From: Felis catus
Lineage: Eukaryota
NCBI RefSeq assembly: GCF_018350175.1
Contig: NC_058371.1
Span: forward strand, 75,144,001 to 75,208,000
Direction: 5' to 3'
Length of the DNA: 64,000 bases
The translations under genes and the position numbers were made by a program. Below the pieces are notes generated by a model. It searched no databases. It was not told where the DNA came from and saw only the letters and a program-made list of their open reading frames with translations. Every line of letters starts with the position of its first letter. The stretch's first letter is position 1. Below are positions 49,657 to 62,917 of the stretch, one piece after another.

Positions 49657-50095
49657 TTTTTTTATTTATCTCTTTTACCATGCTAAACGTAACTATTTTG
49701 AACTAAGAAAAAAAATCAACCGATTTGAGAGATATTCGTGGGCTCAAATTGTTTGGATTTGCTGATATTTTGAGGAATTGGGAGTGTGAAGAATAATCCA
49801 CAGGTTTTACAGCTTATTTAGATGGAGATAGAGAACATGGAAGAAGACCAAGGTTGTAGGAGAAAGTTATAAGTTCTCTTTGAAGTTTGAAACCCTTTTA
49901 AAGCAGTTGGGCACAACATAATCATTGACATGAATTCTAAATATGGAACAGGAGAAACAGAAATACTCCACAATGGTATATTTCAGTTATTGGCCCAAGG
50001 ATTATTCAATAGCTATCATCTCAAATCTATTTTCATTTAATTATGAACTTAAACTTTTGATTCTTCTATGTGAAAGTGTATAAATATATTCTTAG

Positions 50096-50310
50096 TGGGC
50101 TCCTGGGTGGCTCAGTCGGTTAAGCGTCCGGCTTCGGCTCAGGTCATGATCTCGAGGTTCGTGAGTTCGAGCCCCACGTCGGGCTCCGTGCTGACGGGTC
50201 AGAGCCTGGAGCCTGCTTTGGATTCTGTGTCTCCTTCTCTCTCTGGACCTCTCCTGCTCTCTCTTTCTCTCTCAAATAAATAAACATTTAAAAAGTTTTT
50301 CAATAAAAAA
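50096..50310 (+). mobile_element. felid Can-SINE
   Basis: full consensus with A-tail. Confidence 0.97.
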
Positions 50311-51536
50311 GTATATAATCTTAGCAACTTTAATACTTTACTTGTAAATTTGCCATTATTTACTTCTGATCATTTTTATATTTCAGTCACTATCATTAAC
50401 ACTACTCCAGGAGTATTCTCACGTGATTGGGAGTGGACATGAGGAAAACAACAAAGCAAGTGAAGGTAGAGATGGACATGAGATCCCAAAGTCATCTGTG
50501 TCTACTGCCCTTTATATCAGGATGAGACAACTTCTGGTAACTTGTTGCACGTCTCTTTCTCTGGATGTCTAAATGTATTTCCCATCTTTGAGTTGCTCTT
50601 CCTTTTCTCTGTATCATTTATCTCCCCTGCTTGTTTTGGCTTAGACTGGGAACCAGGAGAGTTGACCCTCAGCCTATAGAGGTCTGACCTCTGATAGGAC
50701 GCTGGAGGAGGGGGATGCTGCTGAGTAGTGCTGGAGTGTGCTCCCTGTGGGTGACCAGCACATTCAGGAGGCAATTCTTCCCAAATATTATGCCCAAATA
50801 TTATGTTTGAGAACTGTAAGAGAGATTAGCACATGTAATCCCAGTCCTATAGGCTAATGGCATCATAATTGAGGCTCAGAAACTTCATCTGAAGTTAATG
50901 AAGTGAGATGATGCCTCTTCAAAAGCACTTGGTAAATATTCATTAAATCAATGAATGAAGAAATAGATTTGAAGAGATTAAATAACAGCAACACAACAAC
51001 AGCAGCAAACCCAAACAGTTGTGACTGTATGTTGTGACTGTGACTTGCTGTCCCAAGTATCTTACGAATTTGGAGTTTGTTGACCCTCACAACCACTTTA
51101 TGAGGTAGGACTTTCTTATCTCTATTTCCGGATGGGATCTGGAGACCCGAGTGGTTTCTCAGCTAGTAAGTGGCAGAGCTGGAACTCAACCCCCTACAGT
51201 CTGCCTGTAGCCTTTAGCACCAGTATACTGTCCTCTCTGTCTAAGTAACCTGCTCAAGGTCATGCATGGATACTACTTGAAACCAGGTCTGACATCAGAC
51301 CACGTGCTCTCAACCACTGCTATGGTCAGAATGTTTGTGCCCTCCCTAAAATTTATATGTTGAAACCTAACCTCCAATGTGATGGTACTAGAAGGTAGTA
51401 GGGGCTTTTGGGAGGTAATTTCGTCCTGAGGGTGGACCCCCCTTGAATGGGATTAGTACCCTTATAAAAGAGGCCCTAGAGGGTTTTCTCACTCCCTCCT
51501 GCCATGTGAGGGTACTGCAAAAAGACGACCATTCAT

Positions 51537-51748
51537 GGGGGCGCCTGGGTGGCTCAGTCGGTTAAGCATCCAACTTCAGCTCAGGTCATGATCTCACGGT
51601 TCATGAGTTCGAGGCCTGCGTTGGCTCTGTGCTGACAGCTCAGGGCCTGGAGCTGCTTCACATTCTGTGTCTCCCTCTCTCTCTGCCCCTCCCTCTTTCT
51701 CTTTCTCTCTCGCAAAAAAGTAAATAATAAACATTAAAAAAGAAAAAA
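51537..51748 (+). mobile_element. felid Can-SINE nested in the LTR
   Basis: TSD gaccatt(c/t)atg. Confidence 0.96.
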
Positions 51749-51759
51749 GACCATTTATG

Positions 51760-51893
51760 NNNNNNNNNNNNNNNNNNNNNNNNNNNNNNNNNNNNNNNNN
51801 NNNNNNNNNNNNNNNNNNNNNNNNNNNNNNNNNNNNNNNNNNNNNNNNNNNNNNNNNNNNNNNNNNNNNNNNNNNNNNNNNNNNNNNNNNNNN
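51760..51893. other. assembly gap (134 N)
   Basis: run of N. Confidence 1.
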
Positions 51894-52424
51894 AAATGGA
51901 CTAAGCCACCATTCTATATTATTTCCCTAAAGGATCATTGCCTATCAAGAAAGTTTCTGTATGTCAGGCCATTCTCCAGTTCCAGGCTGCTTCATTTACC
52001 TGATCAATGAGTCTATTTCCCTTTCTCACAAGAGAAAAGACAGAGACGAGAACTGTTAAAACTACTTGCTTTTTTGTCATATAGAAGAAAAAAGAATAGT
52101 TGTTTAACTAAAATTTCCACCATTAATCATCCTGGGAAATAGAACCGAAAAGTTATTCTCCAAAACTCACAACAGAAATCTTTAGCAATGTGAGGACTTG
52201 CAAAGGTGCAGACCTCAGTACTTATTGTTGAAACAGATGATGGAGGCACCTGTTATTTCACAGGTGAGAAAACTAGGAGGAGAGAGGTTAAGTGTGCCTT
52301 ATCTCCAGTCATGAGCCTGGTTAGTGGCAGCCGGGACGAAGCAGATTTCCTGACTCACTGTTTAACAAACCCTCTGTTCATCCTGTTTGGCCTCAGATTT
52401 CTCTCTGTGACCTGAAATAGCATT

Positions 52425-52900
52425 TCACCCATTCATCAGTCACTTATTAATTAATTAATTCACCCTTGAATATCTACTGAGTGCTTTCTTTATAACTGGA
52501 CATGGAGTGGGAAAGAGGACAGATATAATTTCTGCTTTCATGGAGCTTACAATCTATTGAATAGATAGGCCATGAATGAATGAATGAATGAATGAATTAA
52601 GAAATAAAAAAGAAAGAGGGAGTAACAACTACCATGATGAAAGCAGGATGTGGAAAAAAGGTCAACTTTAGCTTGGGGTTCAGGAAGGTTTGGAGGGAGT
52701 TCATTTAAGTAGAACCATCATCAGTGGTGATAGGAAGGCAGCCATCTTGAGGGATAGCATCCCAGAGCTGAAGCCCTTAGAAAAGGGCCCTTAGAAAAGC
52801 AGGGGCTTGTAGAGTCTGAAGAACATGAAATAAAACAATACAAAGGAGGGAGTGAGGGGGGCAATCTATGCTAGTGAGTGGGACACTCAGATCAAAAAAT
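52425..52900 (-). mobile_element. L2 fragment containing (TGAA)n at 52572-52597
   Basis: cattcatcagtcacttatt...ctgctttcatggagcttacaatcta. Confidence 0.65.
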
Positions 52901-53269
52901 CTCATCAAACCATTAAGAAAGATGGTTATCATGCTATGCAACAAGCTAGAAATTGATCATGGTATAATGTCATGGCAGGCGGAGGGGGACAGGAAATATT
53001 GTATGGAAGCCATGACTGCAACTGTAAAGTTTACATGTAAAAAGCCTGTAAAGGAGATGATTAGAATGATTGTGTGAACTTGTGGGATTATAGGTAATAT
53101 GATTTCTTTTTTTCCATTTCTTTATTGTTTCCAATGTTTCTCTAATGGGTTTCATTATTTAAATGGAAAGACCGAATGTATAAAAACAAGTTTTAGCTGA
53201 TGCTTTAAAAATAAAAATAGGATTAAGTTCTTGGGTGTTCTAGATTAGATTTGAGTTAGATTTTTTTTC

Positions 53270-54700
53270 ACTTATGTGTTTTCAAAGTAATATATGCATA
53301 TAGATGTTTAAATATCAAATAATACTATAAGACATATTGAAAAAGAGCCATCATGCCCTACCCCTACCCAAACTCAGGTTCTATTCTCCTGAGGCAATCA
53401 CTTTCAAGTCTTTTGACTGTTTCACATTTTTTTCTGGCATTTACCCCTGAATTTCTAAATAACATGCCTCTATTTTTATTGCTTGATTTTTTCCATCATC
53501 TTAGAAGTTCTTTTTATCTCTCTCCCATGTTAGAATCCACTTTTTTCTTAGCCCACATATTGGTTTACTTCCTTGTTTTGCTGGAACACAACTTCCTTCT
53601 TTTATTGAAACACAACTAACAAAGAATGCATGCAAAATAAATTTGCATGTTTGAATAAACTTCTGCTCTGGGCTCACATTTGACTGATAATTTGACTGGG
53701 TATAAAACTCTAGGTAGGGTTCTTATTTTTCTTTTTCTCCAGTTTTTTGAAGGCATAGCTCCACTGTCTACAAACTTTCATTGTGGCTATTGAAAAGTCT
53801 GACAACATTCTCATCCCTGATTCTTTATATATGATCTCTTCCTCCTACTTCCTGCACCAGAGCTTTTACGGTCTTCTTCTTATCCTTATTTTAATGAAAT
53901 TTCATTCATTACTTCATTTGGGGTAGATCTTTTTATTGGGGCCCTTTCAAACTGGATACTTGTGTCCTTCAATTTGGGAATTTTTTTTGTTAATTCTTTT
54001 TTTTTTTTTTTAATTTTTTTTTTCAACGTTTATTTATTTTTGGGGCAGAGAGAGACAGAGCATGAACAGGGGAGGGGCAGAGAGAGAGAGGGAGACATAG
54101 AATCGGAAACAGGCTCCAGGCTCTGAGCCATCAGCCCAGAGCCTGACGCGGGGCTTGAACTCCCGGACTGCGAGATCATGACCTGGCTGAAGTCGGACGC
54201 TTAACCGACTGCGCCATCCAGGCGCCCCTTGTTAATTCTTTAATAATTTCTCCCCTTTGTGTTTTTCTCTTCTCTCCTTTTGGAACTTCTGCTACTTCTG
54301 TGTTGGACCTCTTGAGTGATAATCACATTTTCTTATCTTTTCTCGGCAACTTTTCATCTCTTTTGTTCTACTCTCTAGAAGAGTTCCCTAGCTTTATCAT
54401 CAGCATTTTCTATTGAATTCTTAAATGTCTACCATGATATTTTTAATTTTAAAGAACTATTTCTTGTTCTATAGTTCCTTCTTATTATATTTATCCTTCA
54501 TAGTATAGTATTGTCTCTCATATTATTTCAGTATTAATTATAGTTTGTTGTTATAGTTTCCTCTGCTCTTGCCTTGTTTCATTCCCTTCAACTTACCTGT
54601 TTCTGTTTTTGTTTGTTTTGGTGTATGACTTTCATATTGGGAGCTTTCCTCAAATGTCTGTTAATACATTACGACCTATTTACTTGTAAGACCGAGACAC
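53270..54700 (-). mobile_element. old L1M/HAL1-like antisense sequence
   Basis: gataatttgactgggtataaaactctagg...ttgaaggcatagctccactgtct...tattgaaaagtctgac. Confidence 0.6.
54000..54228 (-). mobile_element. young felid Can-SINE
   Basis: young-type features (gactgcgcc, aacgttgaaaa tail on the sense strand); perfect 13-bp TSD ttgttaattcttt (53987-53999 / 54229-54241). Confidence 0.98.
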
Positions 54701-54776
54701 AAAAGAGATGATAGGAAGCTCTAGGTGGGAGAGGGCAAGGCTTATGGATAGGCAGGCATCCTTCATGGCAGGATGG

Positions 54777-55146
54777 TGTTATGAACTGAATTCTATCCAC
54801 TGCAAATTCATATGTTGAAGCCCAAGTCCCAAAGTAACTATTTGCAGATAGAGCCTTTAGCAGATAATTAATGTTAAGTGAGGTCATAAGGATGAGCCTT
54901 ACTCTGACAGGACTTCTAAGAAGAGGAAAAGACACCAGAGAGTTCTCTGTGCTTTTGCATAGAGGAAAAGCTATGTGAGGACATAATGAAAAGGCACTTT
55001 CTGCAAGCTGAGGAGAGAAGTCTCACCAAAACCAAAACCTGTTGGCACCTTGATCCTGGACTTCCAGCCTCCAGAACTGTGAGAAAATAAATTTTTGTTA
55101 TTTAAATCACCCAGTCTATGGTATTTTGTTATGGCAGACTAATATA
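54777..55146 (+). mobile_element. MaLR LTR, MLT1B-like
   Basis: tgttatgaactgaatt...aaattcatatgttgaagccc...ggacttccagcctccagaactgtgagaaaataaattt...ctaatata. Confidence 0.9.
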
Positions 55147-57619
55147 AATGGCTGGGTGGGGACTTGTTCATCTCACTGTGGACTCCCCCCATCCCCACCA
55201 TAAGGGATCTAGTCCATTTCTTCAGACACTTATCCTCTAACCTCTTGTTTGAGAGTTAGAGTAGGAGTGGCTATAACTTTGGAAGCTAAACAAAATGAGA
55301 GTTTAGAGGAGGGGGGAAATCCCTTAAAACAGTGGGTTTTCAGCACATTTGTCAGCTAAATCCAGTGTCCCCACGGCCAAACCCTTTAGATTCAACTTCT
55401 CCCTTTTGACCCTGCAGTCTCCTGAGATAAAGGAAGGACAGCCTTCTGGCTGAGTCTGTTGGGAGTAAGAATTTGGGATTAATTATTCATTATATCGATT
55501 TTCAACCAATGTTCTACTTTTCAGCCTCACCCCTCACCTCTGCCTTCACATGTATATGGTGCCTCCAGCCTCTCCAGGGGCCTGGTTCACAGAGATTTGC
55601 TTCCTGTTGACTTCCTAACCCTTCCCTATTCTTCTGCAGGAACTTCACAGAAAGCTGAAGCCAAAGTGGTTTGTGCTTATCCAAATACTTTAATTTATTA
55701 AATTACGTCATTTGGAATATATTTTGAAGAATATATTTAATATATATTAAAAGCATATTGATGTAACGAATACCCATACATTTACCACCCGACTAAAAAA
55801 GGGGGAGATTATCAATACTAGTGAGTTTCTTCCAAGATGGATTGTTTCCCAGACCAGTAGATTCATGCTTTTCACTAGTTCAGTAACATTTGCATTTCCT
55901 CCGTTCTCTCTAACCTCTCTTTATAAGACTCCCTCATGTCTTCTCAGCTTGTCTTCCACTTGTTTTTAACCTCTCCCTCATATTTTCCATATCCTTGTCT
56001 CTTTACATTTGCTGCATGTAATTTACCTAAGATCTCAGTGTATTCTGGCAATAGAATTTGTCAGAATGTCTAGTCTGTTACATTGATGGAAAAGGAAGTC
56101 CCCAATCCCATCTCTATGCTTTCTATCTTGTAGTGGTTCATAGACATCACTGGTCTGCTGCTATCTCCTTTTTTTTTTTTTTGGTTTTGTGATTTTAAAC
56201 ATTTTCAATTCCTTTTCTGTCATTTTAAAGGTATTCCAGGAGAAATTTGAGAGAAACACTTTTGTTCAATCTGAAATGTTTAAATGGAAGTTGGTTAGGA
56301 TTTTCTTTTAGAATTGTGTAGCACTGCCTTAGGTCTAATGTCACCAAGAAAGGAAATTCACATGGAAATCTATCAATACAGTCATTTAATATAGCTTTTT
56401 CTTGGGAGAAATTATTGGGACAAACTCCTAAGTAGCTTGATAAATGTTCTCCTTTAATGTTCTCTATTGTGAATCATCCTGTGGATAGAAGGACATGTTC
56501 CGAGACTTATCCAGATGGAAAACTACATATTTACATTTCATAATAAAACTTTTAGGAAAGATGCATTAGTCATCTTGATTAAAGAACTGAACAACTTAAG
56601 CTGTTTAGAGACAAAAGATCAAACTATTCATATTAAATTTATTGTTCTGTCCATGAAGAAAAATTAGGTCTGAAATAGCCACTTCTTAATTCGAGTGACT
56701 GGGAAATCACTCCACCAGTGCATAAATCATTGCTGGGTAACTACTAGTTGATTTCACAACTTCTTTGAACTGAAAGTATTTTTGTAAGCCTAAATTCTTG
56801 GTATGTGAGTATGAAAATACTTCATTGCAGGACATTAGTATGAGCCAGTGTTCTATCTAGGCGCAAGCCCGGAATTGCACCTACACGTACTATTTCCTTT
56901 GTGAGCTAAGAATCTGTCCACAGAGGCCAGTCCAGGTCATCACTTTGCTATGATCAGGTAGGGTCCTTCCTAGCAAGGCCCTGCCCCCTGCTGGCCCTGC
57001 CTATCCATGGGCAGTGTGGCCCCAGGGCTGGGTTTGTTCCCACAGGCTCTAATTACCCCTGCCATTAGCCTGCCTGGCAGGACTGCAGATGTTATTAATG
57101 GTCATGAAATTATCCAATGCCTTTCAAAACTCCAGAGCCAGTTGATGTTTGTTCCTGTGACCTCTCACAGTATTTCATTGCTTTGTCCGTTTTGCTGCTG
57201 TATTGAACTTTAACCTTGAGCACAGAATAAAACATTAGAAGAGTATCACTCTCCTCCATTTTCCTTTTCTCCTCTTATCAGCCTCCCAATTCCCTATTTA
57301 TTTTGGGATATAATTCAAAATTTTGCCTGAATTGCTGGACTGTTTATTTGCAGGGAGCTCTTGATTGTATGGATGTGCCATTCTCCCCCATCCCTGTTCA
57401 TCTCATAGATCATTTTTCAAAAATTAAAAATCACTCGTTGCTCCTCACTAGAAAATCAATATATTTTCATGGTAGGAAAAATTAGAAGAATGTAGATGAG
57501 CAGAAAGAGGAAGAAAAATCCATAATCTTACCTTCCTTAAATAAACACTATTAAAATTTTATGTTATATCTTTACAGATGTTTCTATACAGATATTTGAG
57601 AAATATGAGATGATGGTGC

Positions 57620-57895
57620 TATAACAATATTAATAATCACTAACATACATTGACTACTTAGTATGTAACAGACCCTGTTAAGATTGCTTTTCCACGTATT
57701 AATTCACTGAATCATCTCAAGGCTCCTATGAGGTTGGTTTAATTTCTATTGCCATTTTGCAGATGAGGAAACTGAAGCATGGAGAGGTTAAAAATATTGC
57801 ATAAGGCCTCACAGCTATTTAAGTGGAAGAAACGTTATTTAAACCCAAGTAATCTGACTCCAGGCTCTAAACTCTTAAGTAATATGTTATATTGT
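57620..57895 (-). mobile_element. near full-length MIR
   Basis: cattttgcagatgaggaaactgaagcatggagaggttaa. Confidence 0.85.
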
Positions 57896-58819
57896 TATCT
57901 AACCTTTCCATCTTTTTCCTTTCCTTCATTTTTTTTTTTCTGAGCTTGAATATTTATCCTTTCCTTCATCTGGAAATTCCTCAACCATGCGTACCCAGAA
58001 ACTCTAATGTAGCTTCTATCTAATTTTGTTTTGGAAGGACTTTGGGGGCACACCATTCTGTCTTATCTGAATTATAGACTAGGTCTATATTTGGCCAATA
58101 AACACATCATGGCAGGATCTACTTAGAATATTTAGCTGGTTATCAGCTGGTCTGTGAAAAATGTGTTTGACTTGGTCTCTGGCTGATAGGAGAGACTGAA
58201 AAATGTCCAACTGCATAATAGACCTATCCTTGAACAAGTAAGGGTGCAGACGCATTTTCCAGACAAGTCACTGATTGACTAATATGCGGGTAGAAACCAT
58301 GTTTGTTCACTCCTTTTTCTACTCCATGTGACAATGCCTTGCATGCAGCAGACAATGGGTACTTATTTGTAAAGTTGACAAGGATGTTCCAGGAGAGATG
58401 GGTTCCAGTTTCAGTCTCACTACAGATTAGCTATTGGAGTGGAGCAAATTACTAAACGCTTTGCCCCTAACCGCTTCTATGCTGTTAGTAAATCTTGGAG
58501 ACCCTAGGATATCATTCCTGAAGATTCTTAATTCCTATAGAAGAATTGTCTTTTGGTTTCCAAGTTCAATAGTTATTTTTTTAATTTTGAAAGACATACA
58601 ATTTTAATTTCAAAAAAGTGTGGGGGACAAACAGATGATCTCTTAGATATTTTAGTACCTTCCCACCCCCCATTTTGACATACATTACAGATGACATTAC
58701 ATATAGGATACCCTCTTATGGGTGACCCAGTGTGGGAATCATGGCCTAGCACAAGGATAAGAGAGTCTGTAGGATTATGTATAATCCCCAGTCTACTAAC
58801 TGTAACCCTTACTTACTCT

Positions 58820-60110
58820 CACTTAAGAAAACACATTGACTAAGGAACATTTCAAAACCATCATAATAAAACTGTGAGGGAGTGGTACAGGAACAGGCAT
58901 AATGACCAGAGAGACAGAGAGAGAGTGAGAGCAGAGAGCCTTGGAGACAAAACCATGTACCCATGGGAAACTGGTATATATGAGAACTTCGTCCCAAATC
59001 AGTGGGCAGAACATGGATCATTGACTGGATAGTGTTGAGAAAACTGACTCACTGTAGGAGGAAAAAATGTTGGATTCCAATATTATAACATATACCAAAA
59101 AAAAAAATTCCAAATGGATGGAAGATCTACATACGAAAGGAAATATACACACATCCTATAGATAAGTATGTAGAATCTCTGTGGATCTGGGGTTTGGAGC
59201 AAATTTCATAACCAAGATCCAAACAACATAAAAGCCAAAATTGATGGGTATGGCTATATCAAACATAAAGATTTCACTTGAAAACAGTTAACCTACCTGA
59301 CAGAAGGCATTGTGGAAAGATGTTTGCAGTGTCCAAAATCAATAAGGAATTAATGCCCCAAGGAGCTTCTACAGGTTGGCAAGAAAAATATAGGAAACCC
59401 ACATAGGAAAAATATGGGCAAAGATATAGGCAGTTCATAGAAGGAGAAACCCACATGTGAATAAACCTATGAAGAGATGATTACTTCACCAGTAATCAGT
59501 GAAATGAAATTTAAATTACAATGCAACCCACTTCAAAATCATCAGATTGTCAAAATTTGGAAATCTTATTAGTATCAAGTGCTGAAAGGGATTTGGAGCA
59601 ACGGGAACACTCTGACCCTGCTGGAGCGATTGTAATAGCCTGTGCTTCTGCGATTCTACTCCTGTGAGGACCCCAGAGGTGGGCTTACCCAAAGCTCTGT
59701 GTGCGTTCCTGCAGCACCATTTGCGGTAACAAAGCATTGGAGTCAAGCAGGAGTCCATCCCTAGGACAATGGCCAGGCATCTGTGGTTTTCTGTAAAGCT
59801 GTCAGCAATAATAATTAGATTTACATAAAACAACAAGGATGGATTGCAAAAGCGTTGAGTTGAATGAAAAAAGTAAGAAAGAAAATGAGATTTATAGCAC
59901 ATTGCCTTTTGTAATGAAACATGCACACACAAAGCAATAGCATATGTTATTCAAGTGTACACATATGTCTAAATAAAGAAAGGAGTGAGGGGTCTGGAGC
60001 GAGGCAAGATTGGAGTGGGGATCAAGAAGGAGGAGAGAAAACCCAAATAAAAGGGAGGCCTTTTATGGATTGATGAGTACACTCTGAACTAAAAGAGTAA
60101 AATTAATTCA
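58820..60110 (+). mobile_element. old L1 (L1ME-like) ORF2 3' half and 3'UTR
   Basis: aaattccaaatggatggaagatcta, aaatatgggcaaagatataggcagttcatagaaggagaaac, ggagcaacgggaacactc. Confidence 0.8.
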
Positions 60111-62489
60111 AGTCTGTGGCCCAAAAGAGAAGAAAAGGAAGTAAAATCAAATTGGAATTCACTTAGGAGGTATCCTTACACAGAATGTCGAAACATTCTG
60201 TTTATATTCTGTATAGCAAACCACTGATAAGTTGTAGCTCTTCATTATTTGAAACGGATCACTGGTGCAGACTGCCCAGCTGTCAGGACCCGGGGCTGAG
60301 AGTCATAGTGGGAGCTGTTTGTGTTCACAATTCTTCACCTGACACAATCCTACAGAGGTGGACATGGCCAGAGACACTAGAGAGGCAGCTTCAATATTTG
60401 AGACACAATTAGGAGACAGATATAGAAAAGGTTTGCAATTATTTATCCATAAAGACCTAGTGTGAATACCTCTTTATCCATATTTTATTTCCTCCATCTA
60501 CTATTTAAAATCTCCCCCTTATATTTATAGAATGAAAATCAGAAATCTAAACAGCTCTAACATCATTTCCCTAATTCCCCTAGCCTGCACTGCTCAGATG
60601 TCAGTCTCCAAATTCCTAATACAAATGAACAGAAGACAAAATCATTTCCCAGGATTGTGAAATGAAGTGTTTCAGCAGAACACAGAGAAACAGTTAAATT
60701 TTGCAAAGCTGTGAAACTGGAGAGGGGGCTGTCCTCAAAATCTACCAACCAGAGACCTGGAAGGAACTAACCTGCTTGAGGTTCATTTCTCTCTCATATC
60801 TCCCCACCTATGGCACTAACCTCACCTGTCAATTTCATCAAAGAGATACTTGAATGGATTCTCTAATCTGCCCCTACTCCAAATCAATCAGTTAATTAAG
60901 GTGATCTCAATGAGCTTATTAAAGAACCAGGTCTTTTCCTTTCATGTTATGTGGTTCCCAGTGAACTCCCTTTATAGTGGTATGCTTATCAGAGGCATCC
61001 AGGAAGACGAGCATTCCTTACTAATTTATTCTGGTCACAAATGGATTTTTTTTGTTGTTGTTAGCACACCTAACTGCAAATATATTGTGTAACCTCTTAC
61101 TTTCGAGTCAGAATTGAGTGGGTTTCTGTTTCTTATTTATGTACTATTTGTCATTTAAAACAATGATATTCTTGGTTTCATACAGAATTGCTATAGATTC
61201 ACTTTATCCATTTGCTTTGAAGATCAAAATGGAACTGGTAAATAACACGAGTGTTCCTTGTGATAACTGACTTGGAGGCAATGTGTGTGGCTTGTGGCCC
61301 CCATGTGAGGTCAGTCCTTGGATCTGAACCTGTGAGCATTGATGGTAACCAAAATTACTTTAAGGAGGAAGTGGGGCTAGTGTCCTGGGCACTATCTAAC
61401 TCCCTCTCGGGGGGGCTTCCAACCAGTGGCAGTCCATTATCTCATTAGTCGCATAATATCCAAGTGAGGAAGCAAGGAAGGAAGATGCTAATGGAGTAAT
61501 GAAATGGTATAAAGCACTTTGCTAATGAAATAACCACTTCCTGTTCCCCTGCCCCCGATCCCTAAGGCCAGATGCAGAAACTGAGGCAGAGGAAGCTGAA
61601 ATTGCTGACCCAAGATCCCCAGAGAGAGTCAGCAGCAAAAACCAGGTTGGGGGACAGAATGTTGCCACCCAGCAAGCTGATGTAACCTGTTTTTTTTTTT
61701 TTTTTAAAGAAATGCCTAAATAAGAGCTAAATTGCTCACTGAAGATAGCAACAGACTTTTCTTTCTCAAGCAGCACCGGGTGTGGGTAGCTGGGAAGTCA
61801 GAAATGTGCTGAGATGGGGGGTGGGCACGGGGCCAAGTTAAAGCCATAGTCAGGCTCTCAGAAGTGGGCACTTTGGGGTGCAGCTGGCCGCTTCTGCCGA
61901 CTCAGTGCTTTGCTGATAAGTACAATTCAATTTGGTTCACATCTTTATAGACACACACAACACATATTAAACTGACCTCATTTGGTCTAATTCCTCAGGT
62001 TTTTACCCAGGCCTTTGAGGCTATTTTCTTAAAGAACTGCTTTGATAAAGACTTTCATTTTTAAAGGAGCTGATTGCATTTAAGTTTCTTCCTTGCTTTA
62101 AAATTATGAGCCTACATCTTATTGGAAATGTTTTGAGAGTCACTAGGACACTTCTGGGTTGTTTTTTTTTAATTTTTAAATTATTCAAGGGCTTCTGCTT
62201 GTGGCGCTCATGGTCTCTACGGCCAGCACAGTGGGCTCTGGGTCCTTCTGGGGGGTCCTCTGTGTTCTTTTGCTCAGTGTCCACAGACTTCAGCCTCCTC
62301 CTCACGGCTCTATGACATCCGCCTTCTTTGGAGGAGGGGAAACTAAGGTATAAATGGCTGTAAGACAAAGGTCAGATGGATAAATCTTTAATCATGGAAT
62401 CGCAGGCATGTGTGAGAATCTGTGAGAGGAGGGAGTTTTATGACATTCCGCTGATAGCTTACTTGGAAACATCAAGTAAGGCATCATTC

Positions 62490-62717
62490 TTTTTATTTTT
62501 TTTAATTTTTTTAACAGTTATTTATTATCAAGACATGGAGAGAGACAGAGCATGAGCAGGGGAGGGGCAGAGAGAGGGGGAGACACAGAATCCGAAGCAG
62601 GCTCCAGGCTCTGAGCTGTCAGCACAGAGCCTGACGTGGGGCTCAAACTCACAAACCGTGAGATCATGACCTGAGCCGAAGTCGGACACTTAACCGATTG
62701 AGCCACCCAGGTGTCCC
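62490..62717 (-). mobile_element. felid Can-SINE
   Basis: full consensus; TSD core gcatcattc. Confidence 0.97.
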
Positions 62718-62917
62718 GAAAAGCATCATTCCTGAAAGAACACAGGTGCTATTGCTTTTCCCTTAGATTCAACCTATACAACATATGTAAAATTGATAAT
62801 GTGAATGAACGCATAGAAGTTATTCATTCACTCACTCGTTCAATAGACACAAAAAGGAATAAGTAACAGCCCCATAAGCCAGGGAGCTCACAGATGTGTA
62901 AAGAAATGATACCAGTG

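Larger units (their letters stand above)
51318..51908 (+). mobile_element. MaLR LTR (MLT1A/MST-like), split by a SINE and a gap
   Basis: tgctatggtcagaatgtttgtgccctccctaaaatttatatgttgaaacctaacctccaatgtgatgg ... aatggactaagcca. Confidence 0.85.

Noticed and set aside
56491-56500. p53 response element GGACATGTTC
   Set aside because: Only one half-site; the neighbouring decamers do not fit RRRCWWGYYY
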